This document shows, piece after piece, positions 33,201 to 44,993 of a stretch of 64,000 nt of DNA (positions are counted from its first letter, which is position 1; every line of letters starts with the position of its first letter). The notes under the pieces were generated by a model. It had not been told where the DNA came from, ran no database searches, and saw nothing but the letters and a program-made list of their open reading frames with translations. The translations under genes and the position numbers were made by a program. The stretch is from Schizochytrium sp. TIO01 (Eukaryota; Protista; Bigyra: Labyrinthulomycetes): positions 4,688,747 through 4,752,746 of the forward strand of contig SMSO01000037.1 in assembly GCA_004764695.1 (NCBI GenBank), read 5' to 3'.

Positions 33201-36200
33201 AAGCCAACCATGTACAAAAACACTGCGCGAGAATGCGTCCAATCCTCTACGATTTTTGCTGCACCCTGCTGGACTGATTTGCACAGGTTTCGTCTACCGA
33301 GAGACACAGCAAGATTAACAACTTTTGCAAAACTTTCCAAACGAATTTTTGTTCCTGACTGAGACTTGATAGCCTCAGCTTGAGTTTTAATATTACCTTG
33401 CAACTCGGAGATTGTCGTCTCGTAAGATCGTACTACTTGAGTCTGCCTATGTGAATACTGCTGAGCAAAAGTAACCTCTATAAATGGAACCATTGCGTGA
33501 CGTATCGTATGTGCAATCTTTTCAGTTGCATCGGGGAAAGGTTTAATGAAACAAAGCAAACCTATTGTGTGCCCACGAGCATCTCGAAGGGAAACTACCC
33601 AGGCTGGGCCTTTCTCAATGGACACCGACATAAGTCGCTTTCCGAAAGCCCGAAGAAGAGAGTCGCCGCCTTGTAGTACAACCAAATCATCTGAAGAACC
33701 TAAAGCCTTTGCAGAACTATTGCTTAGGACGTCTTTGGATAAGCTCCAATGAATGTCTCCTGCAAAACACCAGATTCCATTGTTATTCTGTTCATCCAAG
33801 TCATCCTTCTCCGACTGAAAAATTAGAACAAAGGTAGCCTCAGAGCATGTTTGCAAAGAATCTTTGAGTTCAACCATAGCTGACCCAACCTTCTTCGCAA
33901 ACGAAAGATCGACTACTCTGTAAGAATCCTCTTGAGAAGCAGACGTAATATGTGCTAAAGAACTCTCGATGGTTGTCTCCAATGTATCACAACGCTCCAG
34001 CATGAGCTTATGTACATCTGCAGACGCAATCTGATCCTCCAATGATTTTAGTTTGTCTTCTATCTCGATGACTTTTGCTTGTGACAACCGAAGAGAAGAA
34101 GAAGATAGTAACTTTTCGATTGCACAGGCGCTCGACGCCGCAAGAAGTTCCAACACCTCCCGGAACTCGTGGGCGATATTTGCAACACAAAGAACGCCCA
34201 ATGTAGTTGCCCCCTTTAAACCTGTTACGGATGCCACAAGTGGAATACATAATAGACTTGTAGGATGCGTCTCTAGGCCGGCTCCATCAATTCGATAAAT
34301 ATAACGTGGATCAGAGATGACATTTTCCGGAAGGAAAATAACTGTTTGTTCGCTTGCAGATGTGCCTACAAGACCCTCGCTAGCATGCGCACGACGCTGT
34401 GGGTTGCTCTCATCAACAAATATAATCTCGTTTGGACGATCACTAGGGAGAGAAATTAGGGTGTTTAAATCCTCTCGAAGAAAAAGCACGTTTTTGAAGG
34501 AAGCGTCGCGTACCAAATTTGCAGAGTTTTCCAGAACCTGCACAATGTCAGCGATGCTCGTCGCAGAACTCACATTTCGAAGCGCAGCGTACAATTTACA
34601 AGTTGCGTCATTCTGCGCGCGTACCCTGAGAAGATCAACCTCTGTATCTTCTAAACGGGTTTGCAGGTCCTCAACAAGACTCTGCGAGGTTCCACTTTTG
34701 TTCGCAAGCTTGAGCATTTCCAATCGCGAATCGTAAGCTTCACCCACCAAACAGACAGCATTCTCCATGATCTCGTGTACGCGCTCAAAAGCAAACTCCT
34801 TAAGGTCGATAAATCCTGCAACGAAAATTAGCGAACCATTCTCAAATGTGTCTCGAGCAATTGCAAGGGTGCACTGGTTTTCGTGAGAAAACTTCATCTC
34901 AGCTCTGTCTTTGGGGGAAGTGGGTAGAGTTAGTGAATCGTGGGCAAATATTTGCAGGTCTTTAGCGAGCGGTGGTAGGAAAAATGTGCATGGATCTGAC
35001 AATACAGGTAGATCAATCAATTGTTTATTCGGCGATGACACACAAATCATTTGATCGCCTGCATCATTAAGACGAAAAGCATGTACAAAGGCAGCTCCCA
35101 AATCAGCGCACAAGTTTGTACAGCAACCACGAAGAAGCGAAGATATATCAACATTGATAGGAGATAACGCAAGCTGCAGCCCAAGCTGCCGCAAGCGCCC
35201 ATGTAAGCGAGAATCTTGCAATTGTGCCATGGCATCTTCCCTTTCGGCAAACAGCTGATGATATTTTTCTGCGTTGCGAAGTACAAATGTATGAAGTTCC
35301 ACAATGCTTTTTGCTGCTGTCAAATGATGAGGATCATTCGAAGAAACAACCAATCGAGGAGAGTCCTTCTTGTCTATTCCAGTTACAGGTTCGAACATAT
35401 TCCACGAAGAGCCATCCTCAAGCGGATGTAAGTTCTTTTCAGTCTCCAGCTTCTTCAATTCTTCCTGTGATAACATTTTGCAACGGAGACCAGAAGGTGC
35501 TCCTCGCAGAATCCAAGAAGGGAGCGATGTCCAAAGTGCACCAAGGTCTGTGGAAAATCTTTCCAGAAAATCAGCATTCAAGCAGCCTTGAACAATTTGG
35601 ATACCCTCTCTAGCTGCTTGAAGCTCTGTTTCGGCTTGAAGGGCGTGTTCTTGAGCAATCTGCAACTCACGTTCCTGGGCCTTTAGTGAAGCTTCTAAAT
35701 CCTGTGTCCTCGACCAGTGGTCATGAGCATGACCTAACCATTGCGCTAGAATAGCTAGTACCTCAAAGTCATCATCATCCAGCATGAATCGGCCCGGACT
35801 ATATGGACGTTCGTTCTTGCGATGCTTCTCTTCAAGAATCAGGACATGGTCTTTCCCAGCCGGCGCACCAGCCCAATGGGTCGTGTTGAAAGGTCCCTTT
35901 TGAGCAGGTTCAAACAGATGAGGGAGATCGTCTATGCAATACCACGTGGCATCTAAACCTGGACCATACAACTCTTCGATGAACCAAGTCAAGCGCAGCA
36001 CCGGGTCTTCAGAAGACAATGACGCTGCGGCCTTTTGGTGGTTGGTCAATGCGATTGGTTGCGCTATTACCGACTGATGCAACCTGAGAATCGTCAGAGT
36101 CAAGCTTTGTCTCGTCAGAGACGAACCCTAAACTTGCTGCGATGGCAGTTAGTTTACGAAACCTTTCAAAAGAAAGCGATAATTGTTCATGTTCAGTTTG

Positions 36201-39200
36201 GATGTGTGAGAGCTGAGAAGACTGCGTTTGTGCAGTATGTGAGCCCTGTCTAGACGAGTCGAGTGCTTCAAGAAAGTGCAGCACAATTGGTAGAACACCC
36301 GCAAGAAATTCAAAAAGTACACTGCGATGTTCAGAGCTCAAAACAGCTTCACAATATGACCCCTGAACACATCGTAGAATGTGTAAGGGGCGTTGCTGCG
36401 TGTGAGACTAAATCTAGATGGCATCCGAATTCTTGGACCATTGCAGCTACGCGCTCAAATAAACTTTGAAAAGGTAAATTTTCAGATGCAAGAAAACAAA
36501 GCTTCTGCCCGAAATGGAAAAGTGTTTTTCGCGCTTGCTCATGTTCACTGACTAGCTCTCGCGAGCGGGTCTGAACTTGTAATAGCTTCATTTGCTGAGC
36601 AAGATGATTCGCAATCATACGAACAAGTTTTCCGTCTGATTCTGTAAAGGGCGTTTCAAAAGCGCTGCGCGTAACTTGGATACAGCCTAAGACACCCGGC
36701 GCTAAGCCCGAAGATGAAGCCCAATGCGAGTCTGCAACATCCGCATCCGACGGACTTGGGGCAGGCCCATGTTCCATTGTAATAATTGGGACACACAATA
36801 TTGTGGTGGTATCAGGATGATTGAGTCCACGGATAAGCGCCTCATTACGTGCGATGTCTTTTCCTGCCAGAGCCAAGGTACGACCTGTGCTCATAGCACG
36901 GCCAACAAGCCCTTGACCCAGTCTAATTTCAATGTCCCCACCGGTCTCCTGAGGACTTGGAATAACCACTCGTATGGTTGGAGACGTTGAACTTTGCAAA
37001 GGAGCAGTGTTGTGACTTTCGAGTACGAGGATATGAACGTACTGTTGTGTCACGGGTACGAATGTGTCAGTACCAATAACTGCATTAATGCATTCCTGAG
37101 CAGACGTGCAAATGCGTCGCAGAGAGAGAGGCAGAGGATCCGACAGCTTTTCCAAAATGAGTCTTGCTGTTTTCACGAACCGGTTGTGCTCTGCAATGCT
37201 AGACTGATGAGTACGTCTTTCTTTGATAAGAGTGTCTCCAGCCTCAGTGCTCTGTGCCGTTAGAGTAGCGACAATATCACTCTTTTTTTGTTCCTCACGC
37301 ATCCGCTGGAAAACAGATGCCATTAGATTTGATAGGGAAGAAAGTAGATCAGAATCAGTTCCTTCAGCACCAGTGAGAGCCAATTGTGTTTCGCCATCAA
37401 TAGAAAAAACTTGCAAGGTTTCGCTTGATGTGAGATGATCAGGTTTACTGTTACATGAATAGATCTGTACCGCTCTGGCAGACAGAATAGATGGCAGTTG
37501 TTTCTGAGCATACTCTACGACCTCTGCCTCTGAGGTCATCTTAGCAACTTGCAAGACAAATGTGAACAGTTTCTGGGCACGGTTTACTGAGTCCTGCTGA
37601 TTTTGTAGATCCAGAATTTGGCTTTTTGAGTGAGCCAATTCTTCTTGGAGTTTGAGAATTCCGTCATCGAGCTCAAGGCTAGACTGTGCAAGCTCTTTAG
37701 AAAGCAGATATAATTGGTAGACATTTTTCGCAAGGTCTATTGCTAAACGTTGCTCCCAAGGTTCAAACAGAGTTTGCTGAAGCTCTTGCTGCTGCTCACC
37801 TTGTGTATGTTCCACATTTCTTTGTCCCTGCTGAGGATGTTGTTGCTGATTATGTTGGTGACGACGTGCAAGGAAAATGATTGCCTCTCTATCACCTAGT
37901 GTGATATCAAGTTTCATGTGTACCGGGTATCCTGTTGGCTTGATTGGTATCTGACTTGAGGCATATTGGATGGCACAAAAATCAGCCTTTATGCACAAAC
38001 GAATGCCACGTTCAACAAGTTCCATAAAATGCATTTCAGAAGTGTGGAGTGAAACATTTGTGATTGCCTCAGCAATGACCTCTTGACCAGCCCGTAGAGC
38101 ATCTGACCGTGCTTTAATTGCTTCTTCAGTTCCTACAAGATTTTGTTTGGAATCTGCGAGGGCTTTGTTTACAGTGCTCAGCATTTGGTCCTTCAGACTA
38201 TCTACTACGCAAATGACAAAACAACACCGATTTCCTCACAAGCAGACTGCAGAACAGTTTCTGAAGGTAGGGGATTTCCATCAAGTCTAAGCACAGCGCA
38301 AAGCCCTTGAGTTCCACCATAGATAGGCAGGTATTTGATTCCTTCGGTTTCCAGGGGCTCTTGGTGTTCAAAAACAAAAGCATACTCGTCAGCTTCCCCC
38401 AAAGAACTAGTTTTGCTATCCTTAAGAACTAGCTCGCAAGACTTTACCTGAAGTAATCCAGGGAGGTCGGTGCGTACAACTGAGAGGACATCCTCGATGG
38501 CACGTTGTTGGTGCAGCTCCAACCGAAACCTGTACAAACCCTCCCATAAACGCGCCTCGTCCCTAGCTGCTATAACAACGTGAAGCTCATTATCCAGGTG
38601 CTCCAAAGAGTCCTGCAGAGTCCCTGCACGTTCACGCTCCGATTCCCATAGAGCCCGAAGGTCACTATTTTGCTTCACAAGCACTGGCAAAAGCGCCAGG
38701 CGGTTCTCGAGTTCCATAATCTCTGAAGCTGGCTCACCCTCCACAAAGTCATCGTCCACGTCCTCGGTCTCGCTCGCGAGAATATCTTGCAACGAGGAGT
38801 TCTGCGACCAGATTTCGTTGCCAGCGCTTGGTGAGCGTGGTCTTACAATATCATCATAAACATCGCCACAATTGTCGATTTCTGTGCTAGTTGAGTTTAG
38901 TTTTGGGTTTTTAGATACGTGCGTATTTACTGAGGTCCCCAAATGACCATCTTCTTGGTCGTCTCGCGAAAGCGTTGACCTGGAAAGATCATGGCGTGTC
39001 ATCGACGGAGACTCTGGCGATGAAAGAGAAGCGTTCCTAACATTATTTGCACTTCCGATGCGGTCTGATGTGAAATTCTGGGACTTGGAAGCAGAAGCCA
39101 AGCTCGACGCCACCAGGAATGGGCTTGTCTTTGATGAATGTTGCTGTGCCGATGAACTTGACGTCAGCCCAAGACCACTAGACCGCCCCAACGCAGCGGG

Positions 39201-39284
39201 TGCAGCATCAGCAGGGCCCAAGGGTGGCTTGGTACCACTGACTACCCGCCGATCATCCTCCCGCGAAGAGGCCGTCGCGCGCAT
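30269..39284 (-). CDS. Giant (~3000 aa) protein of tandem GAF domains alternating with coiled coils; split into four ORFs by frameshifts
   Basis: Abutting or overlapping same-strand ORFs 38205..39302, 36349..38184, 36009..36341 and 30269..36103; GAF motifs GQGLVGRAMSTG...TILCVPI...VLGCIQV...FTESD, EGLVG...DPRY...SLLCIPL...LGVLCVAN, GLRGVAIKSGQ...DDPRY...IIVCPL. Confidence 0.72.
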
Positions 39285-39941
39285 CGCGGCGCAGAGCCGC
39301 AAATTCGAATTTGAGTACTAGTCGTACCTCCGTGGGGGGAAAAAGCGATCGACGGTTAAGTATGTTCTGTATATTTCACTTGCATTCGAGGAGAGCTCCG
39401 TATAATTCACTTGTCTTCAACTCTTATACCATGTATTAAATTCTGGAAAACAGAATTATTGGAATAAATAAAATAATAAATAAATAAATAATAAAAAGAG
39501 AGAGACCTCTTCGTTTTTGAGGAGTCAGTCTTTTCATGATAAGCGATGTGTGTAGGGGGGTGGGAAACTCAATAAGGATAAATCTTGGAAAAATACTGGC
39601 ATGCAATTTTGAGAAGTTTGATCCTTGCTGGGTTTGGCGAAAGTTGGTACTAAAATAGAAACGTAGTGTTTTTCAGAAATCAAAACCATTCAAGAAGAGG
39701 ATAAACGCGACTATTCTCATCGTTACTTGCGAAGTATGGTAAATTGATTGAGTGTGGACGAGTTAGTCTAACACATAAGGTAAGATATGGATAATATAGA
39801 AAGTCAAGAGCCTCTAGGTAGCTAAAAGTCAAAATACTGTGACAGTATGTGGTACTCCAAGAGGAAAGTCACGGTAAAAGGGACAAGCAAATGAAACTGG
39901 GAAATCTAAAATTTGGTTCTTGTCTGAAACTAAAATGATCT

Positions 39942-42900
39942 CTAAGCGTAGGGGTTTTCAAGCCTCTCTTTATCAAATTGCTGTTTAGAGAGCTCGATGA
40001 AAATTTTCTCCAGGTCCATGACAGCGAGGTTATAGAGCTTGATTTGAAGTCGCGACTTTACTGACTCAGTAAATCGAAATGCAGATGCGAGGACTCGTGC
40101 AGTGTTATGCTGTGAGTGGTTTTCTAGATTTATCTGAAGCTTAACACGGTGCGAATAGGCCTCAACGATCTCAGCGTTAAAGCCAGACTTGGCATATATA
40201 GCCAGAATTTGCTCCTCAGGGGGAGCAGAATTTGTAAAAGTAAGGTCTGCAAAAATCTTATTGCAGTGTTTGTCCTGAAGCTTCGCAAGAGAGCCGATAG
40301 TCAGGAGAGACCCATTGACCATGATGCCTATTTTGTTGGCTAATACCTGCGCCTCATCCATATAATGCGTTGATAGCAAAATGCCAGGGAGCCTCAAGTT
40401 GCTGACAACAGCAGCATCAGCCTCGCTTCGAATCGCCAGCTCTGGTTTAAGAATACTCCAGATCTGATGTCTTCCAGCGGGGTCAATCCCTGAGGAAACT
40501 TCGTCGATTAACATAACCTCCCCCTTTGCTATGAGTGCCAAGGCTAAGCAAAGTCTGCGCTTGTAACCTCCACTGAGTTTACTTGCAAGTTTCTCAGTGT
40601 GCTGATGCAAATTCAAAGCATCTAAAACTGCATTAACATGCGATTCGACCAGAGGATCTTTCTTATTCATGTGATGAGCACTTAACACAAATTCCAAATG
40701 CTCTTGTACAGTAAGCTGTGAAAAGAGTGCATCGTGCTGAGGACAGTAAGCCACAGACCCGCGTGCGTATACATCATCAATTTGTGAAGCTTCACGAAGC
40801 GAAACTCCATCGATATAAACGTCTCCACCACCAAGCGAAATATCTCGAACGATAGACGAAGCAGTGACAGATTTTCCACTTCCGTTAGGTCCAAGAAGCG
40901 CAAAGATACTGTTAGGGGGTACCGAAAAGGATAAGCCCTTGACAGCCTCGTTTCGCTTGCACAGGTGCACGTAGGGGTCGGCACCAGCATTGAATAGTCG
41001 CTTGATCCAATACTGCAGAGTGAAAAATCGTACTTTATACTCTACAGTATCAGGTGGCACTAGAAATGTCTTTACAATGTCTTTGACTCGCAATGTTTGG
41101 TCTCCTGAGGTGACTCCGTCAAGGACACAATTCCGCTCTCTACATACATCATCGTCCTCGGGCTCTACGCCTTGTTGATGACCTGGCACGGCAATGTGAC
41201 TAGAATGGCGAACTTGAAGGAAAACAATAATCCAGAGGACAATTCCCATCACGATCATGAGAACAATGCTATAAGAAACGCGTGCATCGAAGTTCCATGT
41301 GCTATACCAGGAGATGGAACTGTCATTGTAGTTGTTAGAAATGCCGAACAAAGCACTTAACCCACGTTGGAATGAGAATGGTGGCAAAATGGACATGATG
41401 TCTCCCATGATCCTCTGTGCTGATGCGGATGCATAGATTGGCATGGTGCCATAAATCGCGTAAGGAGCTGCAAGAAGGAAGATCATTATGACAGGCATCC
41501 AATCACGGGCCCCAGACCCTGTAGCAAAGAGTGGTTCAAAAGCCAATCCAAGGGGCAGTACAGAAAACGCGTAGGCTATGCACAGGAGAATGAAAGCCAG
41601 CCAGCGGCCACCAGAGCCTACAAGCGGATTTTTGAAGGCGAATGCGAGAATGAGCGCTACAATGAAAAAAATCAGCCAACTTGTGAGAACACCATTAGCT
41701 GCTGCCCCGGTGAAGATGTGAAAGCGGTTGATACCATGAAGCCTTGCAAATGTGTACAGCTTCTTTTCCTTGATCTCAGCAAGACCAATCACAATGTAGC
41801 CTAATGGAACAAACCCTAAGCCAATGAAAAGTGCAAGCATGAACTGACTAAAGTCATAGCTGCTAGGTGTCGGATAATAAGACAATCCACGCACTTCTGT
41901 GAGCACACTTGCTCCAACTGTGTTTAAGGTTGAGTTTGCCAAAAGACCATACATAACCGGAATAGAGACTGAAACGGTTGTGTTGTAAAAAAGAGTGGAA
42001 TTAGAGTTGATATAGCCTCCAATTACAAAGCCTTGACTCACATACCAGGAAAGATTGTCTCGATCTGAAGGTCCATTATTGACAAATACGAAGGTATCAT
42101 CGTTCCCCACGGAAATACTTCCCCAATTGGTTGTGTTAGGAAGATTGAAGACTTTTGCAGTGGAATAAGCCCCATCTATGGCATCAAATATTGAAGCTCC
42201 ATCAAATTGAACAGGATCAACTGTTTTTAGTTCATCTGACTCCTTGTACACGTACACTAAAACAAAAGCAATAATAATGTAAACTATGGGCAAGACTGTT
42301 CCAAAGATTTTATGCTCGAGGCTTCTTCCTGACTGTCTGTAGAGTGCAACAGCCATAGCTCGAATCTTTTGTAAAAATGACACTGGTAAACGAGATTCAA
42401 CATCCCCACGAGTATCAGTCCAGATAAGTCGCAATTGTTCTACTGGATCAGTTTCACTATCAGAGTCCATGTTAAGAACAACTTGATCCTTAACCTGGTC
42501 GTGTCTCGTGTCATTCGCTTCCTCCAAGCCGCTATCACTTTGGTGAACTGCTTCAGATCCGGTTTTCAAAAAGACCTCCTCTAACGTTGTCAACTCAAGA
42601 GAAGTTTCATAACAACCGGACTCGTCCAAATGTTCGAGCAGGCTTGCGAACGAAGCTTCTGCACCAGAAGGCAACCTCCAGTGGAAAGTGAGGTTATTCT
42701 CGAGCTTTATCTCGGCTCCCTTGACGCTTTGCGGAATATAGGAGGAGATGTGGCCGGCAACTTTATGGTTAGGGGTAAGATATTTCAAAGTGTACCCAGC
42801 ACCAAAATGATGCTTAAGGAACAGATTCGTACCACATGCTACCATTCGACCATGATTTAAAATCCCAATTCGATCAGAAAGGATGTCAGCTTCGTCCATA

Positions 42901-44993
42901 AAGTGAGTAGTGAGAATGATACTACGACCTTGTTTTGAAGCTGCAATCATGTCCCAAATAGCGCGCCTGCCATAAGAGTCAACACCAGCCGTCGGTTCGT
43001 CAAGCATCACAAGCTCTGGATTTCCAAGAAAAGCGATCGCAATACTCACTCGACGCTTCATACCACCAGAGTAAGTTGTTACAGGTTTGTCTACATCTGA
43101 AGGAGTCGTAAATTTGACTTGTTCGATGCGCCGCTCCACCTCTGCAGCAATAGCTTCTTGTGTGCTCTGGCCCTCCATGCATGGTATTCCACCCTTGAGC
43201 TTAGCAAAGAGTTCAAGATGCTGTCGACACGTCATTTCTTCGAACAAAAGATCTTCTTGCGCACATACGCCAATGTGGTTCCGGATGATGTCATTCTTCC
43301 CTCCTGCTACACGTAAAGTACCTTGTTGAAAGTGAAGCTCCGCTGCCCCTGCAGTAGGAAGAAACTCTCCGGCGATCATGCTAAGGGTGGTAGTTTTTCC
43401 CGAGCTGTTATGGCCAAGAAAACCAAATATTTCTCCTTTGAGAACAGTCATATCCAGGCCGTTCACAGCCTTCACAACAGGGCGTTTTGCGCAGAGTGCA
43501 CCACCAGGAAGTTCAAACTCCTTACGGAGCCCACGAATTCGCAAAAGAGGCTCGGCACCATCTGGCAATTTTTCAAATTCTGGTCTGCCTCCAAGGTCAT
43601 CTTCGGAAGGCTCAAGGTCAATCGACACTGCTGCCGATGCTTTCACGCGAGCAGGTTTGTAAATTTGTGTAATGATCAAATGATAAAAAACAATTTGTCC
43701 AATCTGGGCTCCAATAATACCAGCCATACCACTTTCAACAGCTGTTGAGGCCACGACACCGATTGCTTTCCCTTCCCAGTCCCAGCGAACAAAGGTTTCG
43801 ACACACTGATACGCACCAAACCATGGATGAAGAAATGTAAATACTGTAAGTGCGGGTTGGGATAGCCCAGAAATGACGAGAATGGAAGATATACCTGCAA
43901 AGAAAAGCCAGGAGATAAATGGAACAAGGCTTGCGACGTTATCCTGCTTGATGAGGTGCGGAATGAGCACGGCATATTGGCTTGTACCGACCATGAACAG
44001 CAAGAAACAAAGGAAAACAAATCCAGGGCTTGCAAGAACAACATACTTCATCACAAAGAAGACCAATGTCATGAGGCCTGCAATAATTGTTCCATCCACC
44101 AAGTGGTATGCAACCCAATGATTCCAATAGGTAACTTCCGCAACACCCATAAGGATAAGCCCACGAACGATTCCAGTTCGCCTATCGCGCATCATCGGTG
44201 TTAGATAAAGGTTCAAAGCAAATTGTACACCTAGGAGGATGTATAAACTGGGGAGAATCAATGTGGTGATGTCCGCGTCTGTCCCTCCTCGCTTTGGAAG
44301 TCCTTGAATATATGAGACTAATGTTTCTGCGGAAACTACTGACCCTTCAATACTTGAAATTGCCTGATTCATTGCGTACTGTGCACTAAGGACACCACTG
44401 GATGCCCAGTCCGAAACAGCATCAGAAGACGAAGTGCCAACCTCAGGATCAGGCAGAGCGCTTCCGTTGACCACAATTGAATAGGCCCAGTCAGGGGAAC
44501 CGTGAGAGACAAAGATCCCCAAGCTAAAGTTATTTGGCCCAGCCTCCTGATCAAGATAGCTCACAAAGTCACTTGCTGTGGAGCTTGCGTTGTGTATGCT
44601 TAATTGGTTATTCGACACAAAATCAAGATTAATAAGCTCGTTGTAAATATCAAGGTAGCCAGATCCTTGAGCTCCTCCAAGCACTAGCATCCCTTCGCCG
44701 ATTTCATTAAGCCCATTGGTGAATAGCCCTTGTGAATACGAAGACTGTGGAGTAATGGAATTGCCTGTGGCTTCACTTGAACCATAGGAGTTGTATTCAG
44801 ACAAGAAAGAAATGCCATAGAGCGCCATAAAAAGTGGGGGGAGGACGATACGAACCAGAAGTTTGGACATAGCTCCGGTATTTGTAAAGTCATTTCTCAA
44901 CTCTTTGCTGACAAGAGTGAAAAGACGCTGCAATTCGCTTGGGATTGGTGTGCGTATGGACTCGTCAGAGGCCACAACTCCACAACACTTCAT
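39942..44993 (-). CDS. ABC transporter subfamily A, full-size (TMD-NBD)x2
   Basis: NBD1 GFLGHNSSGKTT, YSGGMKRR, MLDEPTAGVD, ILTTHFMDEADILSDRI, LFLKHHFGAGY; NBD2 GPNGSGKS, YCPQHDAL, LSGGYKRRL, STHYMDEA. Confidence 0.93.
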   Translation of the reverse strand: MKCCGVVASDESIRTPIPSELQRLFTLVSKELRNDFTNTGAMSKLLVRIVLPPLFMALYGISFLSEYNSYGSSEATGNSITPQSSYSQGLFTNGLNEIGEGMLVLGGAQGSGYLDIYNELINLDFVSNNQLSIHNASSTASDFVSYLDQEAGPNNFSLGIFVSHGSPDWAYSIVVNGSALPDPEVGTSSSDAVSDWASSGVLSAQYAMNQAISSIEGSVVSAETLVSYIQGLPKRGGTDADITTLILPSLYILLGVQFALNLYLTPMMRDRRTGIVRGLILMGVAEVTYWNHWVAYHLVDGTIIAGLMTLVFFVMKYVVLASPGFVFLCFLLFMVGTSQYAVLIPHLIKQDNVASLVPFISWLFFAGISSILVISGLSQPALTVFTFLHPWFGAYQCVETFVRWDWEGKAIGVVASTAVESGMAGIIGAQIGQIVFYHLIITQIYKPARVKASAAVSIDLEPSEDDLGGRPEFEKLPDGAEPLLRIRGLRKEFELPGGALCAKRPVVKAVNGLDMTVLKGEIFGFLGHNSSGKTTTLSMIAGEFLPTAGAAELHFQQGTLRVAGGKNDIIRNHIGVCAQEDLLFEEMTCRQHLELFAKLKGGIPCMEGQSTQEAIAAEVERRIEQVKFTTPSDVDKPVTTYSGGMKRRVSIAIAFLGNPELVMLDEPTAGVDSYGRRAIWDMIAASKQGRSIILTTHFMDEADILSDRIGILNHGRMVACGTNLFLKHHFGAGYTLKYLTPNHKVAGHISSYIPQSVKGAEIKLENNLTFHWRLPSGAEASFASLLEHLDESGCYETSLELTTLEEVFLKTGSEAVHQSDSGLEEANDTRHDQVKDQVVLNMDSDSETDPVEQLRLIWTDTRGDVESRLPVSFLQKIRAMAVALYRQSGRSLEHKIFGTVLPIVYIIIAFVLVYVYKESDELKTVDPVQFDGASIFDAIDGAYSTAKVFNLPNTTNWGSISVGNDDTFVFVNNGPSDRDNLSWYVSQGFVIGGYINSNSTLFYNTTVSVSIPVMYGLLANSTLNTVGASVLTEVRGLSYYPTPSSYDFSQFMLALFIGLGFVPLGYIVIGLAEIKEKKLYTFARLHGINRFHIFTGAAANGVLTSWLIFFIVALILAFAFKNPLVGSGGRWLAFILLCIAYAFSVLPLGLAFEPLFATGSGARDWMPVIMIFLLAAPYAIYGTMPIYASASAQRIMGDIMSILPPFSFQRGLSALFGISNNYNDSSISWYSTWNFDARVSYSIVLMIVMGIVLWIIVFLQVRHSSHIAVPGHQQGVEPEDDDVCRERNCVLDGVTSGDQTLRVKDIVKTFLVPPDTVEYKVRFFTLQYWIKRLFNAGADPYVHLCKRNEAVKGLSFSVPPNSIFALLGPNGSGKSVTASSIVRDISLGGGDVYIDGVSLREASQIDDVYARGSVAYCPQHDALFSQLTVQEHLEFVLSAHHMNKKDPLVESHVNAVLDALNLHQHTEKLASKLSGGYKRRLCLALALIAKGEVMLIDEVSSGIDPAGRHQIWSILKPELAIRSEADAAVVSNLRLPGILLSTHYMDEAQVLANKIGIMVNGSLLTIGSLAKLQDKHCNKIFADLTFTNSAPPEEQILAIYAKSGFNAEIVEAYSHRVKLQINLENHSQHNTARVLASAFRFTESVKSRLQIKLYNLAVMDLEKIFIELSKQQFDKERLENPYA

